This document shows, piece by piece, positions 31,434-60,781 of a stretch of DNA of 64,000 bases. The stretch lies in the NCBI GenBank assembly GCA_012295275.1, contig CM022675.1:5084001-5148000 (forward strand), written 5' to 3'. The position numbers and the translations under genes were made by a program. The notes beneath the pieces are model-generated. The model was not told the origin of the DNA and made no database searches. It worked only from the letters and a program-made list of their open reading frames with translations. Within the stretch, counting starts at the first letter, position 1. Each line of letters opens with the position of its first letter. Source of the stretch: Chrysomallon squamiferum (lineage: Eukaryota > Animalia > Mollusca).

Positions 31434-34005
31434 CCGTATATACTTGTGTATAAGTCGAATTTTTGGGAGACTATATTAAGGTAATATTTGGGGGGTCGAC
31501 TTATACATAGGTAATGCTTTTGTAGCTGTTGCTGAAGAGTCGCCATTTTGACTATTTTTTGCTACGGGATGCATCTAAAATAATCGCGGTCTTTCAGCTT
31601 TTCAAAAATATAATTTTATCGTATAAAAAAGTTTGAAAAATTAAATAACAAAACCAAATATGAATGTAAAACATGATATTCTTCCGTTTAATGACATAAA
31701 AATACATTTTAAAGCGAGAAATCCGTCAGTACGGCGTTATGCCTTACGGCGTCTTGCAATGATCTAGGAATGCAGACTTCTCTGCCAAATTGCACTAAAT
31801 ATCGGTCCTAATTTCATAAACAAAACTCACTTGTGTAATTGTAAAGAATTTGGTGAAATAATATTGCAATCGTCATTAATATCCACTACCGACAAATCGA
31901 AAACAAACTAAATTTCAATAAACGTTCTGCAACAAAAATCAGTTGAACTTCTCGCCATATTTGTTATTCTAGTCGGTTGCCAAGTGCGTGAAGCCTCGGC
32001 CAATTAGCGCGCTAGGAATAGGATCGGGGGCGTGTCTTGTAGCAGAGTTTCGATAGAAAAAAATATTGCTGAGGTTCCGAAATTATCTTACTTTGAATTG
32101 CACGTACATGTAAAATACCGGTAATAAATAATAAAGCAACACATCTTTTGGAATTTATCTACAAAATTTAATTAAATACTGAATTACGTCTAACGCCTGG
32201 AAATCCACACGTACCTTTAAATAGACCTTGATCTATATATCCCGGTAATTATGAAACATTGCAACAATACAAACATTTTAATTCCAAAACATCCAACATT
32301 TACCGGGTAATGCTATAATCTAGTGTAACAAAAAGTTTATTCAAAGCCTTCAAAGTCATTTTCGCCATCACTATCGCTTGCCCCAGAAAGTTCATTCCAC
32401 TCTTCAATACCGCCAGTGTTAATTGCATCATCATAAAGATCATCGTCACTGTCAAGTGGGTCATCATTCCCAGAATCCTCTCCTCTGGGACTATTTTCTT
32501 GAACGGAATCAGCAAGGGCATTGGGTTCGCGCCATAAATAGTCATCCTCCGTCCCATCTAGTGCATTTGAAATTCCACACTTCAGAAAGGCCTTACATTG
32601 CCCCCTTTTGTGAATGTCTTGTCCCCATTTAGCATCCACTGATTCCAAAAATGCCGAACAGTGTCTTTAAACGGCTTATTTATTGAGACATCCAAAGGTT
32701 GTAAAATGCTTGTCAGGCCCCCAGGGATGACTGCCAAATCTGTATTTTCTCGTCTTACAGCTTCTTTTACAGAATCTACCAGGTGTGCTTTGAACATGTC
32801 CCATACTAACAAAGACTTTTCTTTTCGTAATCCACCTGAACGATTGCTCCACACTTGGTTAACCCAGAGTTTGCATCCACCCTCATCCAACCACCCTTTT
32901 GGATGTACGTGTATTAATACGCCCTTTGGAAATTTTTCTTTTGGCATAGTTTTGCGCTTGAAAACTACCATAGGTTTTAACTTTGTTCAGTCTGCCATAC
33001 AGCCTAAAATAACGGTGAATTTTGACTTTTCATGGCCTGTCGTTTTCACTAGCACGGTTTTTTCTCCGATCTTGTTAACAGTTCTATTTCGATGGCATGT
33101 CAAACGTCATTGGCGTTTCATCCATGTTGCCAATACATGCCAAAGCATACTTGTTTTTCTCTCTATGACGGATAACAAATCTGTGAAAACTTGTTATTGT
33201 ATCATCAAGCTCTCTGGGTAAGCGCTGGGCGATTTGGGTTTTTTGTCTTAAGACTAAATGATGCCTTTTCATGAACAGCGTGCACCAACCAGGACTGGCT
33301 TTAAAATCCGTAATTCCTGTCTTCTTAGCTAACTTAAGTGCTTGTAAACGGATAGCACCCCTTGTAGCTATATAGCCGTCTTGTCTACTTGCTTGAACCG
33401 ACTCAAAAAGTGTCTTTTCTATTTCCCGATGTTTTGACTTTTTGCCTATGTCAGCACACTTCACTTTTGGCATTTCAAGTAATTTAGTACTCATTTTTCT
33501 CCAGTCCCTAACAAGTTTTTCACTGACTCCATACAACCGTCCAGCAGCAGAATTGTTAGAATTTTCAGCAAATCTAATTACTGCAAGCTTAAATTGTGCA
33601 GTATATTTATTTCGTTTGCCTGGCATCATATACAATATTTTAGGGCTATGGCCATAACATTTTGTAAATCATAGAACGGCTAAATATAACGGTAAGTTAG
33701 GTCTCCATGTTAGACCTATTACATTAAAGAGATACTATTTATGATACATTTAGGCTATAGCTCGTGTAATACATGCATTTACGTTATTATGGTATGTTCG
33801 TGCAAGTTACAGCTCGTGCAAGTTATGTTACAGTAGGCGTACAATGTAGGCCTTCATGGCACTGTCACACTGGTCCAAAAATAGTGACGGTGCCTGGAAT
33901 CTACAGTCGTCTTATACACAAGTAATACCTAAACTGACGCAATTTTTGGTCTTAAAATACGCATCGACTTATACATAAGGTCGCCTTGTACACAAGTATA
34001 TACGG
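31434..34005 (-). mobile_element. Near full-length pogo-superfamily DNA transposon (POGK/Passer-like), 2572 bp, TA TSD
   Basis: TIRs ccgtatatacttgtgtataag / cttgtacacaagtatatacgg, TA on both sides, subterminal tcgacttatac repeats. The empty site is seen in the paralog (ttacattaattgttt, ~34616-34630). Confidence 0.95.
32337..33629 (-). pseudogene. pogo transposase (Brinker-type DBD + CENP-B HTH + DDE_1), disrupted
   Basis: MMPGKRNKYTAQFKLAVIRFAE...; FKASPGWCTLFMKRH; GNMDETPMTFDMP; LLVWDMFKAH; IPGGLTSILQPLDVSINKPFK; acidic tail. Frameshifts near 33085 and 32600 and an in-frame TGA near 32988. Confidence 0.93.
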
Positions 34006-34031
34006 TAATTGTTTCAATTAAAGAACACACA

Positions 34032-34125
<94 letters not shown>

Positions 34126-34534
34126 GAAAAACAGACAGAGAAGTGTATTTGAGTTTCTGTGTACAATATCGTTCTTTTTATCTTTCTCTCTGTCTTTCTC
34201 TCACACACACACACACCCGCACACACACACACACACAAAACACACACACATACATACAGTATAATGTATTCAGTTTTCTATTGTGTTTTCTAATCTGTTT
34301 TGTCGTACTCTTTGTCATGCGCGATTTTATCTAAAACAAGTTTTATTTTTATGACACAGAAACACTACACTGCTTTATAACTAAGTCAACAAGAGACGGA
34401 AAAACCTGTAACGATCCAAGCAACTATCTTTTACTCTGTTATCTCGTTCCTAGCAACTATCTTTTACTCTGTTATCTCGTTCCTAGTTCAGTTTGTTTTT
34501 CATTGTAGTTATTTACCTTCTCTGAGACTCCGCC

Positions 34535-35899
<1,365 letters not shown>

Positions 35900-36885
35900 A
35901 ACGTGAGCAGTCTGAAATGTAAGTCAAATTGCACCAACTGGATAGTCACTGGCGAGCTCCAGCATGAAAACGCAAATACAGCGCTACTGATGCCAGAATC
36001 CGCTATACGAAAACAACCACATCAACATGGACGACACAGATCACATAGAACGTCTACACCTCAACTGATCACTGCGAGAATAAAATATGTTTTTGAACTA
36101 CAAATAAAAATATTGTTATACTAAAATTTATTTTAAAAAGAATGCTATCTATGTAATTTTCTTTCTCTGGGAAAATGTATATAAGATATTCCTTGCTGGT
36201 TTGCTTTTTTATTTGTAATAGAAGCCCATGCAGATGGTTCCTTATTATTATCTGCGTGATCCTTAACCATAATGTGTGACTACATACATATATATGCTTA
36301 TATTTTTATTATCCTAACGTTTAATTTTTTTACTTTGATTTGTTTTCCTGTATTTGTATACTGTAACCTATTAAACAACTGTTTCTGTTTTATAACTGTA
36401 TTCTTCTCTGTTTTGTGTTTATAGTCATGCTGATTTTTTTACCAAATAAATAAACTGAGCTGAATTGTAGTTATAGTGGTAGTGGTAGTAGTAGTAGCTG
36501 CCGTACAGTAAGTATCATCTCGTTGTTACGTTTTGACTGCGCACAGCGTCACCCAGGTAAAACACAATTAATGAGTAACGGGACATCGACAGATCCTCAC
36601 TGGTACATTTCAGCTTGTTCCGCTAAGTTGACACAATTTTGAGATCATTTATACAAGTTGTCGACTTCGCGGGCCATAACCGCTTCACTAGTGGCAGCAT
36701 ATAATTATTAAATAAAATATACAGGGACAAATTGAACTGGTAAATTTTAGTTTTATTTCTGACACACACCCACGTGATTTTGAGGAAAGCCTTTATCGTA
36801 TTTAAACTAATACAAAAACAAAAATGTAACCTATCAATTAAACACAAACAGATTCACAGAGAATATTACAGGATATAACTAAATA

Positions 36886-37801
36886 CAGTGGAATCTCGGT
36901 TACGAACGCCTCGAAGCTCAAACAAATCGGATTACGAACCGCGATTTTGTGCAATTTTTGTCTCGGTTTACGAATAATGTTCCGAGTTACGAATTACAGC
37001 GACGCGCCACGACAAGCTTTCTTTTGACGTCGGTTTTGACGTCATCATCTAGAAAAGATAAGAATAAATGCTTACGTCAAAATCGAGGTCAAAGTAAGGA
37101 TTATAGACAATGCCCCATAGCAAATATATACACAGGCTGACATTCGAAAATCCGGACCTGAGGAGTGCCGGATTTTCAAAAATGCCGGACTTTTTTATGG
37201 CTGTGTGTGCTGTATATATTTAACAGAAAATTACTACCTGTATACAGCAGCAAATAAAGGATAAAATGAGAAGGAATGAGCAGGAATACCTGTTAGCAGG
37301 TGCAAGCAAGTCTCAAAAGATGATTCTGGAGTACAGCGCCATCAAAACATAAACGGCGCCTTCAGAAAACAGAGGCGCGCCAACACAATAAATTAGAAAA
37401 TGCGCTCCAAAATCCATGCCACAAATCTGACGAAACCAGATTTTCAGTAGCCAGATTTTTTAATGTCAACCTGTATTCAAATGAATTAGGGCCTTTAGTC
37501 TTCGATACGCAGGTGCAGCTCAATAGCTTTTGCATTCAGATTGCGTGCTCACATTTTTTAAAGTGTTGCTGCTTATTTTATATCTTTTATTATACCCTAT
37601 TCAATAAGGCGCCCAAGTAAACAAAAAGTGAAAGAGACAATGCTGGTGGAAAGTACAAACGTATCAAGTACAGGTTAAGAAACAAATAACTGCAAAACAT
37701 GAGAGAGACATTCGTGTGTCTGACATCTCTTTTGTTTACGTACAATTCGGTTTAACAACCAACTTCTGGAACGAATTAAATTCGAAACCGACGTTCCAGT
37801 G
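36886..37801 (+). mobile_element. Tigger-like non-autonomous element
   Basis: Imperfect TIRs TA-cagtggaatctcggtt / aaccgacgttccagtg-TA. Internal remnant VKKQITAKHERDIRVSDI resembles the Tigger N-terminal HTH. Confidence 0.7.
37133..37473. mobile_element. Tigger/MER2-type MITE nested in the previous element
   Basis: Imperfect TIRs caggctgacattcgaaaatccgg / ccagattttttaatgtcaacctg followed by TA. Confidence 0.65.
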
Positions 37802-37823
37802 TAAATTGAGAAAACGAATTTAA

Positions 37824-37892
<69 letters not shown>

Positions 37893-39299
37893 AGATTATT
37901 ATTATTATCATTATTATATGACACTAGTCTACACACTTTTGAACTGATGTTTACAGCTGGTCCCATAGTTCAGTCTAGTACATTAATGGTACGTGGCAAG
38001 TACGCATCACAAAATAGCGCAGAATCGCTAAAATGCGCAGATTGTTGCTTAGTCACGTGATCTAATAATGCGCAGCTCAGTGTTAAAATTGCGCAGATGG
38101 ACAAATATGGCTGAACATGTTTACTCGTGTTTTCCAGTTCATTCGGCTTCACTTTAGACTAAAACATTTTCTTCTTCTTCTTTTTTTCCTATTGAGTTGT
38201 TGCAATATATTACTTATCATAAATTAAGTATTAAAACGTGGTGAGTACAAAAACTTGACAAAACACGTTATTATCTCATTACTACCTGGGAGAACTGACA
38301 TTCGTCAACTTCAAAGTTTCTTGTTTAACAAAGTGAAACAAGTAATTTTGTAGTATGGAGAGTGACTGCCATCACTAAACATAAACAACACAAGCGACTT
38401 TATTTTGTTATAAACAGTCTTCAAATGAAAATGAGACAACAAGCAGGCAGAATTATGAACTGAATTTTTTTACTTATTTTTTGTTTTTATTTATTTATTA
38501 TTTTCTTTTAATAGAAATAAAACATTTGCTCTATCTTTAAAACCAGAAATATTCAAAATTTCTCGTATTTATGAGCTTTGCAAAGCAACTGAAGTAGACA
38601 CTGGTTTTTAATCTAATATTGTCTGTACTCTCTGTAATCTTACGTGGTCATCCTGAAAATTAGCTGGAAATGTGTGTGTGAAAATGAATGTATTTATATT
38701 TTGTGTGTTTGTTTGTGCGTGTGTCTAGATGTGTATGTATTCAAGTATGTATCTATTTATTAGCTTGCATGTATTTGTATGGATAGATACATGTGTGTAT
38801 TTATATATGTATGCATTATATAATGCATGTATATTTATATGTATGTATATATGTACGTATGTATGTGTGATGGCAACTATTTATGTATTTGTATATGTTG
38901 TATGCATCATGTGTATGTGCAATGTATGTATGTATGTATGTATGTATGTATGTATGTATGTATGTATGTATGTATGTGTGTGTATGTATGTATGTATATA
39001 TGTACGTACTCATGTATGAATATATGTATGTACAAAAAACATGGTGCCATGTCAAAACACACAAATATTATTAATAAAGTAACTTATCGTTGAAATAACC
39101 CCATATAACGGACGCATCACTTATAATTATAGGAACACACAATTACAAACAATGCTTTCTATATAGCGAGATTCGTGACCTGTTTTCCTCTTTCTGTTAA
39201 TATCTACTTCCTTGTTGGTTTTAGCAAAACTCGGTTTTATATTGTCTTGCGTAAGAATTTTCGTATATAAAAGTAAACACAAGAAAACAAAAAGAAATA

Positions 39300-45219
<5,920 letters not shown>

Positions 45220-45397
45220 TAACTCGATCGATATTTTGATGCAAAATTTGTTTCTGCTAGGAAGTGTTTTTTTAAACCTATGGTAACAGGGTCTCAGACC
45301 AGAGTTTCTTTTTTTCTTTTTTTTTTTTTTTTTAATTTTTGTTGTTGTTGTTGTTGTTGTTTTATATATTAGCAGTGTTTCATCCTATATTATTATT

Positions 45398-45465
<68 letters not shown>

Positions 45466-45832
45466 CATAAACCCTAGTTCAGTGTTTCCTAACAGCTTGT
45501 TTTTTGGTTGTTATTATTTTTTATTTTTTATTATTATTATTATTTTTTTTAAATCCGATGTTAATAATGTCTCGTAGTGTTTTTATTGTTTGCATTATTT
45601 GTATTATTCTTTTCACCGTTATATGTTGTATTTGTACTTTATCCCAATATCTAAATATTCTTTTTGTCAGTGAGATTTATTTTCACCTTATTCCTGAGTT
45701 ATGAGAGATCTGTTCTTAAACTATAAATTTTAGTATTAATCTGCACTGATGCAAAATTTGTCGCTTGAAGGAAGTGTTTTCTAAAATCCACGTTAACAGT
45801 TACTTTTTTGTTTTGTTATATTATTATTATTA

Positions 45833-45904
<72 letters not shown>

Positions 45905-46449
45905 CTCTTTGCTTTTGTTGTTGTTGTTTTCCGTTTCGTACTGGAAGTCTGTTTTATACTAACTTTTTAATATTAATCTAACTTTATTGTGATACAGTAA
46001 ACCTCACTACTATTCAAATGGATCATCAGGTAAATCGATATATTTTGACTTTCGAATGATTGATTTATTCTTTGTTTCAAGTGCTATTTGAATAACAACT
46101 GGCTAAATTGAAAATTTGAATTCTTAATTTTGTGTTTATTGCACCAATGTTACTTTGTACTGTGAAGAAAATGTTTTAATTTTATTTGAAGTTCTTTGGA
46201 ACAGCGGCCATTTTGTATGGTTTTTCGAACTAGTATCACGAAAATTGTTCATACACTACTTGTTACGTTCACGAGGTTTTTTGTCTACGAGTTTTCTTCA
46301 CATAAACAGCCTCGACCAAACACAAATTAAATATCTTACTTTCATTTCTTTGTCGAGTATAAAATGTTTTGTCACCCGAAAGAAGTAGAAAAACCTGATG
46401 AAAATTTCTGTCAAGTCTGTTAACAATTTTCGAGACACAATTTCGTTTC

Positions 46450-46891
46450 AAAACGAGTCTTTGAAGTTACAGATTCTCCAACTACAAATGCAAATCCAAA
46501 CTTGTTTCTGAAACAAAATGTTTTTTCCGAACTCTGAAACATAACATAACCAGGATTCAGACTGAGACTCTATTAGTAAGAAATTTTAAATAAACATGAA
46601 TATACATCTAGAAAGACGTGTGTGTGTGAATGTGTGTATGTGTGTATGTGTGTGTGAGTACATGTGTGTGTTGTGACGTCAGTTAAATAGTCCAAAAGCT
46701 ATGAATGTTTTTATGTTTAATTTCTTTTGGTGATGTTTCCACACAGTTGCTGTTTTGAGGAAATCTGTAAATTCAAAGACTCGTTTCTTACTAATAGAGT
46801 CTCAGTCTGAATCCTGGTTATGTTATGTTCCAGTGTTCGGAGAAAACATTTTGTTTCAGAAACAAGTTGGGATTTGCATTTGTAATTGGAG
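46450..46891. repeat. Inverted pair of a ~133-bp monomer (46450-46583 / 46762-46891), circularly permuted
   Basis: cataacataaccaggattcagactgagactctattagtaagaaa versus its reverse complement at 46784-46826. The aaacgagtctttgaa block precedes the left arm but follows the right arm when read on its own strand. Confidence 0.88.
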
Positions 46892-47466
46892 GATTTTATA
46901 CAAGAATAGTTCTTCAGGCATAGCTAAACATTAGAACACAGATTCTTGAAATGTGCTGTTGAAAAAAAGACGTCATTGATTAACACCAAGAGAAGACAAC
47001 TGTGATAGCAGTTTGTCTTGTTTTACATTTCTACTGCAACAGAGAAATTAATTAATTCAAAGTTAATTTACTTCTCAAAAGATAAACGTGAAAAGTACTT
47101 GTCAAAAGAAGCGCTACTGGTGCGTGGAGGGGGGGGGTCGAGTGTTTGACATTTCAGTCAACATTTGAACATTTTTAACGTTGATTATCAAGAACCCAGA
47201 TTTAAATTTTTTTTTTCTTTTTACACAACATAAATTCAGGTCCATTTCAAGCTGTACTAACAGATTCCATTCAATGAAGACAGTTTCGGAGAGTGAGGAG
47301 CTCTCTAAACGAGAGAAACACAACTGTGAAACTTAGTTTAATGTAATGTAATAATTTTATTTCTGCTGTTTTTGTGAGACAGTTCTTCTTGATGTTTCAC
47401 CTTTTGGTCATAATGCTTTTGAGGTAATATATATTTATTTGTAAATGAAGAAATAATTAAAAAAAG

Positions 47467-47497
<31 letters not shown>

Positions 47498-47506
47498 AAA
47501 TGAATA

Positions 47507-47541
<35 letters not shown>

Positions 47542-47789
47542 AACAATAACAATGTATTAGTGATATTAACCAGAATGGGAGGGAAAAAGAAAGAACAAGA
47601 AAGAACAAGAAAGCTAAAATGTGACATTAACACACAGGAGATATTATTATGACGTAGGTGACAACCATATTATGTAACTGTGTGTGTGTTTCTCCGCTAT
47701 TTGTCGATCTGCGCTATTTTAAGACTGCGCTGCGCATTCTAATGATGGGTAAAACTCGCGATATTCTCGAGATCACTTCGAGTCAAATC

Positions 47790-48385
47790 AGTTAGCACTT
47801 ACACTCATCCTAGCTGTTAAACTGTATGTTTCACTCATCACACATCCTAACTGTTAAACTGTATATTTCACACTAGAGACAGCACTTACACACATCCTAA
47901 CTGTTAAACTGTATGTTTCACTAGAGACAGCACTTACACATCCTAAACTGTTAAACTGTATTAAACTAGAGACAGCAAACGTTTAAACTGTATGTTTCAC
48001 TAGAGACAGCACTTACACACACATCCTTTTCACTAGAGTTAAAATGTATGTTTCACTAGAGACAGCACTTATAATCCTAAATAAATAAAAAACTGTGTTT
48101 TCACTAGACAGACAGCACTCCTACTGTTAAAAATATGTTAAACTAAACTGTAGTTTTACTAGCATCACTGTTAAACACACATCCTAATGTTCCTAACTTT
48201 CTGTACTTTCAGATTTTTCACTATTTTACAACCTAAATTTAAACTGTATCTAAACTGTATGTTTCACTAGAGACAGCACTTACACACATCCTAACTGTTA
48301 AACTGTATGTTTCACTAGAGACAGCACTTACACACATTAACTTTAAACTGCATGTTTTAAACTGTGTTTCACTAGACAGCACATA
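47790..48385. repeat. ~48-bp minisatellite, partly garbled
   Basis: Repeated cacatcctaactgttaaactgtatgtttcactagagacagcacttaca. Confidence 0.9.
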
Positions 48386-49922
48386 ATTATTAAATAAAAT
48401 ATACAGTGGAAACTTCCTGCCATTTTTATTTTTCTTTCATTTATACACACATAGACACACTGAATTTGAGTGAAACCTTTTCCGTAATTAAACTGATACA
48501 AAACGTGTTACCTAATGTACACTGACCTGTTTCTAAAATTTAATACAAACACGTTTTGTGTTTAAAATGAAGGAGATTTAATGATAATGTCACAGGACAT
48601 AACTAAATAAATAGATAAAGTCAACTTAAAAACCCAAAAATATGTAAAATTAAAATTTTAGAGCATCAGTTTTGATTCTAATGACAAGTTTCTAGTGAGA
48701 TTATCATAAATTCAGTAATAAAACGTGGTGAGTACAAAAATGTGACAAAACAGGTTCTTATCTTATTATTGCCTGGTTTGTAGTTTAACAAAGTGAAACA
48801 AATATTTCTGTTGTTTGGGGAGTTACTGTCATCAATAAACATAAACAATACAAGCGACTTTATTTTGTTATAAACAATCTTCAAATGAAAACCACAGAAC
48901 AGACAAACAGAATTTTAAACTTAATCAATTTAAAAAATGTATCTGCAGAAAAAGATTATTTATTTTTACCTGTACGGCAAAGCATTTTAAAAATACATTA
49001 GCTACATTAATCGTACAAAGTAGCCAACTGTGAAGATGATCTAAATTAATTATAACCGTCTGTTTAATTAGTATTAGCATTCTCTGTTTTACTGATTGTT
49101 ATAAAACTGAGATATACTACTTGTGTAATATCTGTCCCAGGTAATACCCCACCCAGACTTTTATGTGTCAAAATCATTCTGTAAGAAAACAACTGCTTTT
49201 CATTATTTATATTGCACAGATCTTCAAACATCGCATTTTAGTTGATAAAATAATTTTATAATATATACCCTGAAATTTACAAACTTAATATTGATTGTTT
49301 TTTAAACAAATGTGACAGTTCAAAGGTTGTTTTTTTTAATATACAGATGTATGTTTTCAAGTATTTATCAGTTTGCAAAAGAAATGAAGTAGACACTGGT
49401 TTTAATCTAATATTGATAGTTATCCATGTAATCTTACGTATGTATGTTTGCATTATATATGCATGTATATTTATTTGTCTGTACGTATGTGTGAAGAAAA
49501 GTATATACATATTTGTATATATATATATGCATCATGTATACGTGTGTATGTATGTCTGTCTTGATGTGTGTATGTATGTATGTATGTATGTATGTATGTA
49601 CGTATTCATGTGTGAATCTGTGTATGTACAAAAATTCATGTGGTGTGTACAAAAAGATGGTGTCGTGTCAAAACACACAAATATTATTAATAAAGTAACT
49701 TATCATTGAAATAAACCCATACAACGGACGCATCACTTATAATTATACGAACATAAATATACAAACAATGCATTCAGTAATCTAAGTAGAGAGATTCGTG
49801 ACCTGTTTTCCTCTTTCTATTAATATCTACTTCCTTGTTGGTTTTAGCAAAACTCGCTTTTATATTGTCTTGCGTAAGAAATTTCGTATGTTAAAGTAAA
49901 CACAAGAAAACAAAAATAAATA

Positions 49923-58366
<8,444 letters not shown>

Positions 58367-58670
58367 CCACACCCCAGTCTGTATAGACAACCTGCCTCGT
58401 CTAACAATTCAATCCCCTCTAGGAAATCAGAAATCTCCGATAACGTACACGACGATTCCGACAACGACGATGTTTCTGAAGACGTCGAAATGTTGTTTTT
58501 TCTCTGTTCTTGAAAATTCTGATTGAAAAGAATCTCACTAGTGTCTCATAAACCAGGTTTTTTCTTTCATCTTCTTCTTTTTTTTCTTTTTTCTTTTTTC
58601 TAATCGAACTTAAAAGTTGTAATTGATATTATTCTTATTCTTATTCTTATTATTACTATTGTTATTATTA

Positions 58671-58723
<53 letters not shown>

Positions 58724-59407
58724 TTTAACTCTTGTTAACAGTGTTCAATACCATTGATTTTTATGTATTTTTTTAATTTTTTTAACCCATGTCAGAAGTG
58801 CTTCATATCACAGCTTTTTAATTTTTATTTTTTTATTATTTTTATTGTTGTTGTTGTTGTTGTTTTAAACTCGATGTTAATTATTTGTCTTATTATTTTT
58901 ACCTTTACCTCTTGTATTTATACTTTTTCCTAACATCTAAATGAACTTTTCGTCAATGTGATTCATTCTTTACCTTATTTCTATGACATGTGAAATCTGT
59001 TCTTATGGTAACATTTTCAGTATTAACCTGCACTGAAACAAAATTTGTCTTCTGAAATCCGCGTAAACAGTGTCTATTGTTATTAGTTTATTTTTGTTTG
59101 TTTCTTTGTTGTTGTTGTTGTTTGTTTTGTTTGTTTTTTAATTACTATAACAGATTAAGTATACGCTATTCGAAATTCCGAAATCCTAAATTCGATATTG
59201 TGATGTGTTACAGTTTTTCGAAAGCCATCACAAACTTTACTTCATGCACTAACTTATTATAAAATTTATATATAAAACACCTAAAAACTGCCTCTATATT
59301 TATGCATGTTTATATATGTATATACGTGTATATGTGTCTCTCTGTGTTTCTGTATATATATTTATATATAGAAATTAACTTGATGAAAAAACACATCAAA
59401 GTAGAAA

Positions 59408-59450
<43 letters not shown>

Positions 59451-59749
59451 TACATGTCTATGTTACATTAGTTTATATTATATACTGAATCTATATAATA
59501 AACTAAGGATATTTTAATATTTTGTTTTAATAATCCTTCATATTCATTTAGCATTTTCAGTTCCATAACCTAACTTTATTCTGATACACTAAACCTCGCT
59601 ACTATTCAAATGGATCATCCAGTATATCGATATATTTTGACTTCATATAAACAATCTCAATGAAACAAAAATTAAATATCATGCCTTCATTTTGTTTGTC
59701 CAGTATAAAAGGTTTTGTCACCCGAAAGTAGTAGTAAAAATTTATGATA

Positions 59750-60290
59750 ATACTAGCAATAAAATTTAGATAACCCCAGTTCTAACGATAACCCTAACCC
59801 TAACCATAAAACTAACCCTAACCCTAGCTCATTTTCTAAAACTGATCCTAAACAAGACAGCAACATTAATTCTTATACTAAAGGCTACTTGTAATTGTGA
59901 CCCTCATATTATTTCTCAAAAAATCATCACACTTGCAATAAAATTTAAAATTTAGAACCCTAGTTCATAACCCTAACCCTATCCTAACCATGATCCTAAC
60001 CCTAGCTCAGTGTCTAAAAGTAATCCTACACAAGTCAACAACATTAATTCTACTAAGGCTAAATCTACACACATATTATTTCTTTCATAAGATAAAACTT
60101 GTAATTGAAATTTAGGTAACCCTACTTCTATGGCAACCCTAACCCTAACAACCCTAGCTCATTTCTAAAACTAATGGTCACAACTCCGCAACAAAAATTT
60201 TCATTCTAATAAAAATTTAAATATATTATTGGTCACATAAGCCTAAAACTTGTAATACAATTTAAGGCATAATCCCTAACCCTAACCATA

Positions 60291-60329
<39 letters not shown>

Positions 60330-60750
60330 CCCTAGTTCAGTTTAAGCATAACACTAAAAAAATAAAACCTACTCAACCCTAACCCTAACCCAAACCCTAA
60401 CGATTAATTTTCATTGTAACACAAGTCTGCAACATTAATTATTTTACTATGGCTAATTGTTATCGGACACATTATTGGTCATATAAAGCATTTCACTGGT
60501 AATACAATTTAGAACATCCTATCTCCAAGGCTAAACCTAACCATAACCCTAACCCTAACCCTAACGCTAACTCAGTTTCTAAAAGTAATCCTACACAAGT
60601 CAGCAACATTAATTCTTGTACTAAGGGTTATTCTTATCACGACAAACATATTATTTGAGAAATAAACATAACACTTGTAATAAAATTTAGGTAAACCTAG
60701 TTCTATGGCTAACCCTAACCCTAACCCTAACCATAACCCTAACCCTAGCT
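59750..60750. repeat. Satellite of ~170-240 bp units carrying telomere-type (CCCTAA)n blocks
   Basis: About 6 units of cttgtaataaaatttag...(aaccct)n...agctcagtttctaaaagtaatcctacacaagtcagcaacattaattc...catattatt. Confidence 0.9.
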
Positions 60751-60781
60751 CAAAGTAAAAAATAAAGTAAAAAACAGTTCA

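Noticed and set aside
32661-33221. 186-aa plus-strand ORF
   Set aside because: Antisense shadow of the pogo transposase.
59750-60750. True chromosome end
   Set aside because: CCCTAA blocks are short, interrupted and flanked by gene sequence on both sides.
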